From Haloferax volcanii DS2 (GTDB lineage Archaea; Halobacteriota; Halobacteria; Halobacteriales; Haloferacaceae), in the NCBI RefSeq assembly GCF_000025685.1, contig NC_013967.1, positions 2,340,001-2,372,000 of the forward strand: a DNA stretch of 32,000 bases. Direction: 5' to 3'. Position 1 is the first letter of the stretch; each line of letters starts with the position of its first letter. The position numbers and the translations under genes are program-made. The notes under the pieces are model-generated. The model searched no databases. It saw nothing but the letters and a program-made list of their open reading frames with translations, and was not told the DNA's origin. Below are positions 18,829-27,603 of the stretch, piece after piece.

Positions 18829-19001
18829 GGGGTGCATTCAAACCGATGCGTGTCTCGCGGTTAAGCCCTTCGTTTCGTCGCGGCGACGCGAGGCGCTGGC
18901 GTGCCACGGTATCGCACCGTCGTCGTGCGGTTCGAACCCCTCCGGCTCGTCGACGCTGCCCCGCGAGTACGCTTTTGTCGCTCCGCGGGCAACAACGGTG
19001 T

Positions 19002-19286
19002 ATGACTCTGCCCCTCCAGAGCCTCCCGCTCGGACTCCTCCCGTTCGTCGCGATGCTCCTCGTCTTCGTCGCGTTGGGCGTCGCGGCCGTTCGGTGGTGG
19101 TCGATACGCCGCGGGAGCGAGTCCGAACCGTCGGCGGACCGCTCCGAGGAGTCGCACGGCTACCCGCTGGCGTCGTGGCGCTACGTCTACGACCTCGACA
19201 AATCGGACGCCAAACGGGAGGTCGCGTCGGTCAACGAGCAGGCGGAGACGCTCGCGGACGCGGACAAAAAGCGCCGGAGAAAGTAG
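19002..19286 (+). CDS. Small single-pass membrane protein with charged C-terminal tail
   Basis: 94 aa, MTLPLQSLPLGLLPFVAMLLVFVALGVAAV..., with GC3-rich codons. A CGCTTTTGT box lies 32 nt upstream of the ATG. Confidence 0.55.
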   Translation: MTLPLQSLPLGLLPFVAMLLVFVALGVAAVRWWSIRRGSESEPSADRSEESHGYPLASWRYVYDLDKSDAKREVASVNEQAETLADADKKRRRK

Positions 19287-19295
19287 CATCTCGCT

Positions 19296-20165
19296 TCAGA
19301 CTAACACGGCTTCCAGCGAGACGACCTCGCCGGAGTCGGCGTCGGCGTCGCCGACGAGTTCGCCCAGACAGACGGCCGAACCGTCGTCGGTGAAACAGGC
19401 GACGAGGTCGCCGCGGGCGGCGTCGGCGTCGACGTCGAAGACGCCGGGGGCGTAGACGGGCGCGCCGTTGGCGACCTCGCGGGCCGCGCTGTTGGCGATG
19501 GTCACGGACGGGAGGTGCGACAGCGCTCGCTCGGCGGGCGAGACCACGTCGCGCAGCCACGACTCGTCGCCCTCCGCGGCGAACGCGAGGGCGTCTTTGA
19601 GGTCGTGGAGCGTCGCGAGGTCCGCGTCGTCGAAGGGGTCGGTCGCGGTCCGGCGCAGGTGGCCCATGTGGCCGCCGGTGCCGAGCGCGAGGCCGAGGTC
19701 GTGACACAGCTTGCGGATGTACGTGCCCGACTCACAGCGGATGCGCAGGAGCGCCTGTCTGTCTTTCACTTCGAGGAGGTCGAGGTCGTGGATTTCGCGG
19801 ACGCGGAGGCGGCGCGAGACGGCGGACTTCCGCGGGGGCTTCTGGTAGAGCTTCGATTCGAACTCGGCGACGGTCGAGTCGATGTCGGCCGACGCGGGGC
19901 CGTGGAGTTCGAGCACGGAGACGTACTCTTTCGAGCCTTCGAGGAACACCTGCGCCATGCGGGTCGCGTCACCGAGGAGCGTGGGTAGACAGCCGGTCAC
20001 CTTCGGGTCGAGCGTTCCCGAGTGGGCGGCGCGGTCGACGTCGGCCATGTCGCGGACCCAGCCGGTGACCTGGTGGGCCGACGGCCCCGGCGGCTTGTCG
20101 AGGTTGACGACGCCGAACGAGAGCAGGTCGCCGACGCTGCGGTGTTCGGGCGGGTCTCGGAGCAT
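19296..20165 (-). CDS. cbf5: tRNA/rRNA pseudouridine synthase Cbf5 (H/ACA RNP catalytic subunit, TruB family) with PUA domain
   Basis: 289 aa with GVVNLDKPPGPSAHQV and HSGTLDPKVTGCLP (catalytic Asp motif). Starts 2 nt after the cmk stop. Confidence 0.93.
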   Translation of the reverse strand: MLRDPPEHRSVGDLLSFGVVNLDKPPGPSAHQVTGWVRDMADVDRAAHSGTLDPKVTGCLPTLLGDATRMAQVFLEGSKEYVSVLELHGPASADIDSTVAEFESKLYQKPPRKSAVSRRLRVREIHDLDLLEVKDRQALLRIRCESGTYIRKLCHDLGLALGTGGHMGHLRRTATDPFDDADLATLHDLKDALAFAAEGDESWLRDVVSPAERALSHLPSVTIANSAAREVANGAPVYAPGVFDVDADAARGDLVACFTDDGSAVCLGELVGDADADSGEVVSLEAVLV

Positions 20166-20167
20166 GG

Positions 20168-20752
20168 TCAGAAGTCGTAGCGGACGCCGTCGACCGGGTA
20201 TTTGCCCTCGTCGGCCTCGGGATCGTACGCTTCGACGACCGATGTGATGATCTCAGAGACCTCGTGTTCTCCCCACCGGGCAGTATTCAGCGAGATGTCG
20301 TAGATAGAGAGGTCGGAATAGTCGATGTTGTAATATTCCATGTACCGCTTGGCCTCGCTCGCCTCGCGGGTCGTCGTCTCCTCGCGGGCGACGTCCACGG
20401 GCTTGCCCTCGCGGTCGGCGATACGCTCGGCGCGGACGTCAACGGGGGCGTCGAGCCAGAAACGGAGGTCTGCGGCGTCGCCGGCGAGCCAGCCGGCGAG
20501 GCGAGATTCGAGGAGCACGTCGTCGCGGTCGAGCGCGATGTCGCGGAGGCGGCGGTCGAGGTCGCGGTCGATTTGGTCGTCCTCCTCGGCGAGTTTGTTG
20601 AACTCGACGGCGGTCATGTCGCGCTCGGCGGCGAGCTCGCGGAAGATGTCCCCGCCGCTTATGTGTTCGAGGTCGAACGCCTCGGCGAGCGCGGCGGCGG
20701 TCGTACTCTTTCCGCTGCCCGGTGGTCCGGAGACGGTCAGTAACATATCCAT
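20168..20752 (-). CDS. cmk: Cytidylate kinase, archaeal type
   Basis: [15 protein letters not shown]-loop and archaeal CMP-kinase-like sequence. The CTTTTAG box at 20768-20774 fits a leaderless start at the third codon (ATG 20746) better than ATG 20752. Confidence 0.9.
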   Translation of the reverse strand: MDMLLTVSGPPGSGKSTTAAALAEAFDLEHISGGDIFRELAAERDMTAVEFNKLAEEDDQIDRDLDRRLRDIALDRDDVLLESRLAGWLAGDAADLRFWLDAPVDVRAERIADREGKPVDVAREETTTREASEAKRYMEYYNIDYSDLSIYDISLNTARWGEHEVSEIITSVVEAYDPEADEGKYPVDGVRYDF

Positions 20753-20884
20753 GCTGGGTGCGGTCGGCTAAAAGGTGTTATCGTTGCCGACGACCCCTGC
20801 GGAGGGTTCTCACGGGTTCGGGCGGAGCCTCGCGGCAGCGCACCGAGGGAGCATCCGGCGGCTGATGCGCGGCTGGCGAGGGTC

Positions 20885-20941
20885 GGAACGGAGAGAGAAA
20901 CGAGGTTGCTTCGAAGCGGGTCGATTCGACTCGAATCGCCC
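20885..20941 (-). terminator. Hairpin, palindrome and pyrimidine tract downstream of the DUF106 gene
   Basis: On the minus strand: GGGCGATTCG-AGT-CGAATCGACCC hairpin, then the GCTTCGAAGC palindrome, then CCTCGTTTCTCTCTCCGTTCC. Confidence 0.45.
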
Positions 20942-20964
20942 GGGTCGACTGTCGCCCAGTTGGC

Positions 20965-21882
20965 TTACGACGCCGACGGCGACATGTCGATGTTCAGGCT
21001 CTTGCGGATGATCTGGGTGAAGCCCATCGAGCAGAGGAAGTACCAGACAATCCACGCCTGCATCGGCCCGAGGACGCCCTGCTTCCACCCGACGGAGCCG
21101 ACGAGCGGGAGCACGATGTTCTCGGTGACGATGTGCGGGTCGGAGCCGCCACCGACGCCGATGGCCCAGTACATCCAGAGGAACACCGGGATGGTGAGGA
21201 ACATGATCCAGACCATCGGGCGGAACTGCTCTTTGAACATGCCCATCTGGTCGCCCATCGCCTCCATCTGCTCTTCTTGAATCTTTTCGAGCTCCGCGTC
21301 GTCGCCGCGCTCCTTGGCGTCCTTCTGTCGCTGTTGGATGTCCTTCATCCGCTCTTGGTACTTGCCCATCTTCTCCATGTCCATGAGGTTCGCCTGCAAG
21401 AGCGTGGAGTAGAGGCCGGTCGCGAGCGCGAGGACCATCACGACGGCGTAGAACGGGAGCATCTCGGCCAGCGGGCCGAGCGCCGCGTCCATCACGCCGC
21501 CGATGACGTTCCGAACCTCGGAGACGGAGTAGCCGAGGAACAGGCCGACGGTGACGACGGCCGCGCCCTTGTCGTACTTCGACCACGACGAGTCGCCGGT
21601 GTCGACGTCGGTCGACGAGGACGACGAGCCGCCGGAGCCGGACGTGTCGTCTTCGAGGCCGGCGCGGGTCTCCCCCGCGTCGGCGAGCCGGAACCCCTCG
21701 TCGCCGTCGACGAGGATACCCTTCTCGATGAGGCGACCCCACTGGCCGCTCGTGAGCTCGTCGCGGACGTCGGCCCACTCGACTTCTCCGTCGTCCGCCC
21801 GGTCGAGGACGGTTTCGACGGCGGCGCGCATGTCGGCGTCGGAGCCGACGAGGTCGCGCACCCGAGATTCGATTCGTGCCAT
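20965..21882 (-). CDS. DUF106 (archaeal Oxa1/YidC/EMC3-like) membrane protein with N-terminal soluble extension
   Basis: The C-terminal ~190 aa match the DUF106 pattern: a TM helix, a coiled-coil (MEKMGKYQERMKDIQQRQKDAKE...EEQMEAMGDQMGMFKEQFRPMVW), then further TM helices. It sits in the conserved adk-DUF106-cmk context. Confidence 0.82.
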   Translation of the reverse strand: MARIESRVRDLVGSDADMRAAVETVLDRADDGEVEWADVRDELTSGQWGRLIEKGILVDGDEGFRLADAGETRAGLEDDTSGSGGSSSSSTDVDTGDSSWSKYDKGAAVVTVGLFLGYSVSEVRNVIGGVMDAALGPLAEMLPFYAVVMVLALATGLYSTLLQANLMDMEKMGKYQERMKDIQQRQKDAKERGDDAELEKIQEEQMEAMGDQMGMFKEQFRPMVWIMFLTIPVFLWMYWAIGVGGGSDPHIVTENIVLPLVGSVGWKQGVLGPMQAWIVWYFLCSMGFTQIIRKSLNIDMSPSAS

Positions 21883-21977
21883 TACCGGCTCTTTAGCAAC
21901 CGGCTGTTATCAAGGTTTTACTCTGCGGACGACAGCGAGCGCGTCGGCGGCGACGCTGGCGCTCCCGTTTCGTCGGT

Positions 21978-21983
21978 AAAAAA
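21978..21983 (-). terminator. T6 tract downstream of adk
   Basis: A6 on the plus strand, 50 nt past the adk stop. Archaeal terminators are typically oligo-T. Confidence 0.4.
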
Positions 21984-22032
21984 CGTCGCGCCGAACTGCG
22001 TCGATGAGGCGGTTCGCGCGTCGAGTCCGCGT

Positions 22033-22659
22033 TTACGCGTCGTCGACGACGGACTGGATGTCCTCGAAGACCTCGTCGGGGGTCTGTTCGCCGTCGACCT
22101 CGACGAGGACGCCCTCGTCGCGGTAGTGCTCGATGACCGGCTCGGTGTTCTCCTCGAACACCGACAGGCGCTCGCGGACGGTCTCTTCGGTGTCGTCGTC
22201 GCGCTGGACGAGTTCGCCGCCGCAGTCGTCGCAGACGCCCTCCTCTTCGGGCTGGTTGAACTTCACGTGGAAGTTCGTGCCGCAGTCGTCGCAGACGCGG
22301 CGGCCGGTGAGGCGCTCGACGAGTTCGGACTCGGCGACGTTCAGGTAGATGACCGCGTCGAGGTCGGTGATTTCGGTGAGGTACTCCGCCTGCGAGAGGT
22401 TCCGCGGGTAGCCGTCGAGGACGTAGCCGTCGGCGTCTTCCAGCGCGGCCTCGACGATTTCGTTGACGACCGCGTCGGGGACGAGTTCGCCCTTCTCCAT
22501 GAACGAGCGGGGCGTCCCGTACTCGGTCTCCATGTCCTTGTTCGCGCGCAGCGCGTCGCCGGTAGTGACGTGTTCGACGCCGTAGGTCTCGGCGAGTCGC
22601 TTCGACTGTGTGCCCTTACCTGCGCCCGGCGCTCCGAGCAAGAGGATGCGCTTTGCCAT
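22033..22659 (-). CDS. adk: Adenylate kinase with Cys4 zinc lid
   Basis: [20 protein letters not shown]-loop. Lid sequence [35 protein letters not shown] box at 22681-22689 is 28 nt upstream of ATG 22659; the alternative ATG 22671 is too close to it. Confidence 0.92.
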   Translation of the reverse strand: MAKRILLLGAPGAGKGTQSKRLAETYGVEHVTTGDALRANKDMETEYGTPRSFMEKGELVPDAVVNEIVEAALEDADGYVLDGYPRNLSQAEYLTEITDLDAVIYLNVAESELVERLTGRRVCDDCGTNFHVKFNQPEEEGVCDDCGGELVQRDDDTEETVRERLSVFEENTEPVIEHYRDEGVLVEVDGEQTPDEVFEDIQSVVDDA

Positions 22660-22680
22660 ATCTGACCACATCCGGCGAGA

Positions 22681-22689
22681 GCATATAGT
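22681..22689 (-). promoter_or_regulatory. TATA box ACTATATGC for leaderless adk
   Basis: 28 nt upstream of ATG 22659. Confidence 0.45.
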
Positions 22690-23010
22690 GTTGAAGATAC
22701 GTACTGAGTTCTGCGACGACGATGGTCAGAGGAACAAGAAAATGTTGCTCCTTGTTCGCCGTCCTACCGCTCGCTCGGCCGTCTCACCGCGGTGTTCGAG
22801 GTATTTGTTGCCGGTTTCGCAGACGGAAGCGACACGTTCAACGGCGCGGCCCTCGTGACTCCGGCAAATGCGCGATTCGTCCCTCATGCGCGACGCGCTC
22901 GGCGCGACCGCCGTCGAGCGCGCGTACAGGCTGTGGTGTACGCTCGAACGCGGCTGGCGCGCGACCGCCCTCGGTCTCGTCGTCGTGACCGTCCTCGCGG
23001 CGCTCGGGCC

Positions 23011-24030
23011 GTGAGCGCCGGGGAGGGTTCGGACGCCGGCATCGGTCGGCTCGCGCGACTCGCCCCCGGCGTCGGCGTCCTCGTCGCTCTCGCGGGGGCG
23101 GCGGCGCTCGTCGCCGGCTTCGTCCCCGGCGTCAACGCGCTCCTGCTCGGCGTGCTGTTCGGGGCCGTCGTCGCCAACACGGTCGGCGTCCCCGACTGGG
23201 CGCGCCCCGGCGTCGACACGCAGAAGCTCCTCCTCGAAACGGGTATCGTCCTGCTCGGCGCTCGCATCGCAATCGACGAACTCGTCGCCTCCGGACCGGT
23301 GCTCGTCGGGCTCGTCGTCGTCACCGTCGCCGCCGGCGTCCTCCTCGTCGAGGCCGTCGCCGGGCGCGTGTTCGGCCTCGCCGACAAGACCGGGTCGCTC
23401 CTCGCGGCCGGCGCGAGCGTCTGCGGCGTCTCCGCGGCCACCGCCATCGCCGGCACCATCGACGCCGACGGTGAGTCCCTCACCCACGTCGTCGCCGCGG
23501 TCCTCCTGTTCGACGCGCTCACGCTCGCCGCGTTCCCCATCGCCGGCGACCTGCTCCCGCTGTCCGGCCGCCAGTTCGGCATCTGGGCCGGCCTGAGCAT
23601 GTTCAGCACCGGCCCCGTCACCGCGGCGGGCTTCGCCCACTCCGAGGTGGCGGGCCGCTGGGCGACCGTCACCAAACTCGCGCGCAACTCCATGCTCGGC
23701 TTCGTCGCCGTCGCCTACGCGGTTCGCTACGCCGGCCGCGCCGAGGAGGCCGCGACCGGTCTACGGGCCGTCTTCGACGGCGTTCCCCGGTTCCTCGTCG
23801 GCTTCGTCGCCGTCGCCGCCGTCGCCAACCTCGGCCTGCTCTCGGACGCGACGCTCGCCACCGTCGGCACCGCCAGCGACGCCCTGTTCGCGCTCGCGTT
23901 CGTCGGCCTCGGCCTCGACGTTCGACTCGACGCGATGCGGCGGACGGGCGCGGCCCCGCTCGCCGTCCTCGGCGTGCAACTACTGACCGTCAGCGCGCTC
24001 GCGCTCGCCGCGGTCCTCGCGCTGTTCTGA
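23011..24030 (+). CDS. YeiH/UPF0324-family membrane protein (putative sulfate-exporter-type transporter)
   Basis: The polytopic region (LAPGVGVLVALAGAAALVAGF..LGVLFGAVVANT..SLLAAGASVCGVSAATAIAG) resembles YeiH. GTG 23011 gives about 339 aa; the Arg-rich ORF portion from 22792 looks non-coding. Confidence 0.78.
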   Translation: MSAGEGSDAGIGRLARLAPGVGVLVALAGAAALVAGFVPGVNALLLGVLFGAVVANTVGVPDWARPGVDTQKLLLETGIVLLGARIAIDELVASGPVLVGLVVVTVAAGVLLVEAVAGRVFGLADKTGSLLAAGASVCGVSAATAIAGTIDADGESLTHVVAAVLLFDALTLAAFPIAGDLLPLSGRQFGIWAGLSMFSTGPVTAAGFAHSEVAGRWATVTKLARNSMLGFVAVAYAVRYAGRAEEAATGLRAVFDGVPRFLVGFVAVAAVANLGLLSDATLATVGTASDALFALAFVGLGLDVRLDAMRRTGAAPLAVLGVQLLTVSALALAAVLALF

Positions 24031-24121
24031 TGCGCCGGCGGCCGTCTCGGTCGCCGTCCGACTGACGCCGCACCCGCCCCGACGCGGGTCGCTTTTGTAC
24101 CGCGCGGCTGTATCGACCCGC

Positions 24122-24517
24122 ATGACTCGATTCGAGGCCGACACCGCCCGCGAGCGCCGGAAGCTCTTCGCCGACGCCGTGTCGGCGCACCGCGACCGCG
24201 GCAGCGCCTTTCTCACCATCGAAGCCGAGCGCCTCGACGACATCGACGGCGAGGGGCCCGGCCCGTGGATTCAGTTCGCCGACCAGACGTTCAACATGGA
24301 CGTGACCGAAGCCGAACTCGACCGGCTCAAGGGACTGCTCTCGGAGTTCCCCGAGTTCCGCATCGACCAGTTGGAGAGCCCCGAGGAGGCCGAGGGGACG
24401 AACGTCCGCATCACCGCCCGCTCGGACGCCAACCGCCTCGCCGGCTTCGCTGACCGCGTCTTTCAGGCGGTCTACGGCCGCGACGAGGGCTACCGGGCGT
24501 GGGTCACCGCCGTCTGA
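24122..24517 (+). CDS. Conserved-looking acidic hypothetical protein
   Basis: 131 aa, MTRFEADTARERRKLFADAV..., with GC3-rich acidic composition. A CGCTTTTGT box 32 nt upstream favours ATG 24122 over ATG 24095. Confidence 0.6.
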   Translation: MTRFEADTARERRKLFADAVSAHRDRGSAFLTIEAERLDDIDGEGPGPWIQFADQTFNMDVTEAELDRLKGLLSEFPEFRIDQLESPEEAEGTNVRITARSDANRLAGFADRVFQAVYGRDEGYRAWVTAV

Positions 24518-24708
24518 GGCCTCCGTCTCTCCCGCGTCGATTCGCCCGACACCGTACCCCGGTTTGCGAACTTCTAAACCGATTGGCGCACAATCCCGGC
24601 ACATGAATTCCCGACGGTCACGTTGTGAATCGGGCGCAGTCGTCCCCGCACAATCCCGTTCCGCCGGGCGGAACCGCTTTTGTCACACCACTCCCGTGGG
24701 TTCGACAG

Positions 24709-25179
24709 ATGACTGAACACGTCGAACCGCTGTTCTCGCGTCCCCTGCTGCCGATTGCGAACGCGGACGACGCCGAGCTCACCTGCGCCGCGGCGTTCCC
24801 GCGCATCGCCGCGGCCGGCGGTCGGGCCTCCGTCGTCCACGTCATCGAGAAGGCGGGCGGCGCGCCGGACAAAACCAGCGTCGAACAACGCGAGGAGGTC
24901 GCCGACGAACTGTTCGATGTCGCCCGCCGCGCCGCGGACGACGCCGGCATCGACCTCCACACCGACCTCCGGTTTGCGACCGATGTCGGCGACGCCATCC
25001 TCGAAGCCGCCGCCGAGGCCGACGCGACGGCAATCGTCTTCACCCCGCGCGGCGGTCGCTCGTGGTGGGACCTGTTTTCGGGCGCGGTCCGCGACCAACT
25101 GGTCCGGCACAGCGACCGCCCCGTGGTCGTTTTGCCGGCCGGAGCGGACGACGACGGCGACGCCGGGGGTGAAACATGA
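24709..25179 (+). CDS. Universal stress protein domain protein
   Basis: 156 aa with a USP-like fold pattern (ASVVHVIEK..., AILEAAAEADATAIVFTPRGG..., RPVVVLP). Its stop overlaps the permease start (ATGA at 25176-25179). Confidence 0.75.
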   Translation: MTEHVEPLFSRPLLPIANADDAELTCAAAFPRIAAAGGRASVVHVIEKAGGAPDKTSVEQREEVADELFDVARRAADDAGIDLHTDLRFATDVGDAILEAAAEADATAIVFTPRGGRSWWDLFSGAVRDQLVRHSDRPVVVLPAGADDDGDAGGET

Positions 25180-27422
25180 CCGACGAGGAACTCGCCAAAG
25201 ACCTCGGACCCGTCGCCGCGCTCACCATCGGCGTCGGAACGATGATCGGTGCGGGCATCTTCGTCCTCCCCCGCGAGGCGTACGGCATCGCCGGCCCGGC
25301 CGTCGTGCTCTCGTTCGTCGTCGGCGGCGTCATCTCGCTTTTCACGGCGCTGTCGGCGTCCGAACTCGGCACCGCGATGCCGAAAGCCGGCGGGAGCTAC
25401 TACTACGTCAACCACGCCCTCGGCCCGCTTTTCGGCTCCATCGCGGGCATGGGCAACTGGATGGGACTGGCGTTCGCCTCGGCGTTCTACGTCATCGGCT
25501 TCGGTGACTTCCTCGTCAGCGTCGTGTCGATACCGGCGGTGAGCCTCGGCGTCGTCTCCCTGTCTTCGGTGCAGGTGGCCGCGATACTCGCCGGCCTCCT
25601 GTTCATCGGCGTCAACTACGTCGGCGCGAAGGAGACCGGTGCGCTCCAGGTCGTCATCGTCATCACGCTCGTCGTCATCCTGACCGCCTTCTCGATACTC
25701 GGCTTCCTCGAAGCCGACCTCACGACGCTCCGCCCGTTCGCGCCGAGCGAACTCGGCGGCTACGGCGCGGTGCTCCCCGGCACGGCGCTCGTCTTCGTCT
25801 CCTTCCTCGGCTTCGCGAAAATCACGACCGTCGCCGAGGAGATAAAGAACCCCGGCCGCAACCTCCCGCTCGCGGTCGTCGGCTCGGTCGTCATCGTCAC
25901 GACGATGTACGCCATCCTGATGATCGTCATGGCGTCGGTCAAGCCGTGGCAGGAGCTGTCGGCCGCCGGTGCCGACCCCGTCGTCGAGGTCGCGCAACTC
26001 TCGTTCGAGTCCGCGCTCGGCCTCGGCGGGCTCGGGGCGGGGCTCATCATCTTCGGCGGCCTCCTCGCCACCGCGTCGAGCGCGAACGCCTCCATCCTCG
26101 CGTCGTCGCGCATCAACTTCGCCATGGGCCGCGACAAACTCGTCACGGCGTGGCTCAACGAGATTCACCCGCGGTTCGCGACGCCGTACCGCTCCATCGC
26201 GGTCACGGGCTTCATCATCGTCTTCTCGCTCGTCGCCGTCGACGACATCAAGGTGCTGGCGAAGGCCGGGAGCGCACTCCACCTCATCGTCTACGGGCTT
26301 CTCAACCTCGCGCTCATCGTGATGCGCGAGTCAGACGCGCCCGACTACGACCCCGAGTTCACGGTTCCGCTCTACCCGATTACGCCGATTCTCGGTGCGG
26401 TGTTCTCCTTCGGACTCATCGCCTTCCTCGACCCCATCGAAATCGGGCTGTCGGTGCTGTTCGTCGTCTTCGGTATCGTCTGGTACCTGTTCTACGCCCG
26501 CGAGCGCACCGACAAGCGGGGCATACTCTCGCGGTACGTGCTCTCTCGGTCGAGCGAGATGCCCGACGCCGCGGTGTCGGCGGCTTCGACGGTCCAGCCC
26601 GACGGCGGCTACCGCGTCATGGTCCCGCTTTCGAACCCCGAAAGCGAGCGCGACCTCGTGTCGCTCGGCGGCGCGGTCGCCAAGGCAAACGGCGGGACGC
26701 TCGTCGGCGTCCACATCGTGAAAGTGCCGGACCAGACCGCCCTCGAATCGGCCCGCGAGGAGTACGACTTCGCCGAGGCCGACCGCCTGCTCGAACAGGC
26801 CCGCGTCGACGCCGACGAACTCGACGTGGACATCGAGACTCACACCGTCCTCTCCCACCGGTCGTTCGAGGAGGTGTTCGACGCGGCGGAGACGTACAAC
26901 GCCGACCTCGTCGTCATGGGCTGGGGCCCCGACAGCCACGGGTCGCCCGGCCGCGCCGAAAGCGCGGTCGAGGAGATGACCAACGCGCTCCCCTACGACG
27001 TGTTGGTGCTGAAGGACCGCGGTTTCGACCCCTCGAACGTACTCGTGCCGACCGCCGGCGGCCCGGACTCCGACCTCTCGGCGTCCATCGCCTCGGTCCT
27101 CCGCGAGTTCTGCGACGCGGAAATCGAACTCTTGCACGTCGCCGACGACGCGGCCGAGGGCGAGCGTTTCCTCCGGGAGTGGGCCGACGAACGCGACCTC
27201 GGGGGCGCCACGCTCACCGTCGAGACCGGCGACGTCGAGGCGGCCATCGAGTCCCACGCGACCGACGCGTCGCTGCTCGTCGTCGGCGCGACGGAACGCG
27301 GCCTCCTCTCGCGGCTCGTCGGCGGAACCGTCGTCATGGACGTCGTCGACGACGTGGAGTGTTCGGTGCTCATGGCCGAACAGAGTCGCGCTCGGAGCAT
27401 CAGAAAGCGCCTGTTCGGGTAG
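25176..27422 (+). CDS. APC-superfamily amino acid permease fused to two C-terminal USP domains
   Basis: N-terminus LTIGVGTMIGAGIFVLP and about 12 TM helices. The C-terminal ~280 aa carry two USP-like modules (YRVMVPLSNPES...DLVVMGWG and NVLVPTAGGPDS...LLVVGATERG). Confidence 0.9.
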   Translation: MTDEELAKDLGPVAALTIGVGTMIGAGIFVLPREAYGIAGPAVVLSFVVGGVISLFTALSASELGTAMPKAGGSYYYVNHALGPLFGSIAGMGNWMGLAFASAFYVIGFGDFLVSVVSIPAVSLGVVSLSSVQVAAILAGLLFIGVNYVGAKETGALQVVIVITLVVILTAFSILGFLEADLTTLRPFAPSELGGYGAVLPGTALVFVSFLGFAKITTVAEEIKNPGRNLPLAVVGSVVIVTTMYAILMIVMASVKPWQELSAAGADPVVEVAQLSFESALGLGGLGAGLIIFGGLLATASSANASILASSRINFAMGRDKLVTAWLNEIHPRFATPYRSIAVTGFIIVFSLVAVDDIKVLAKAGSALHLIVYGLLNLALIVMRESDAPDYDPEFTVPLYPITPILGAVFSFGLIAFLDPIEIGLSVLFVVFGIVWYLFYARERTDKRGILSRYVLSRSSEMPDAAVSAASTVQPDGGYRVMVPLSNPESERDLVSLGGAVAKANGGTLVGVHIVKVPDQTALESAREEYDFAEADRLLEQARVDADELDVDIETHTVLSHRSFEEVFDAAETYNADLVVMGWGPDSHGSPGRAESAVEEMTNALPYDVLVLKDRGFDPSNVLVPTAGGPDSDLSASIASVLREFCDAEIELLHVADDAAEGERFLREWADERDLGGATLTVETGDVEAAIESHATDASLLVVGATERGLLSRLVGGTVVMDVVDDVECSVLMAEQSRARSIRKRLFG

Positions 27423-27477
27423 TCCGCTCCGCCCCGCTCCGACCCGCTCGCGCCCCGATCCGACTCGCCCCGCTCCG
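27422..27477. repeat. Degenerate tandem 10-11-nt C-rich repeats (consensus CCCCGCTCCG), about 5 units
   Basis: Units at 27422-27431, 27432-27441, 27442-27452, 27453-27462 and 27468-27477. Units 2 and 5 are identical. Confidence 0.6.
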
Positions 27478-27603
27478 CACCCCTCTCACCGCCCTTCGCC
27501 GTCCCGTCAGCCCCGCGGAACCGACTCGCTTCTCGCGGACCGCGGACGACGGCGGTCGCCAGTCGCCGCGGTACATTTGTCTCTCGCCGCCGTAGCGAGG
27601 GGT

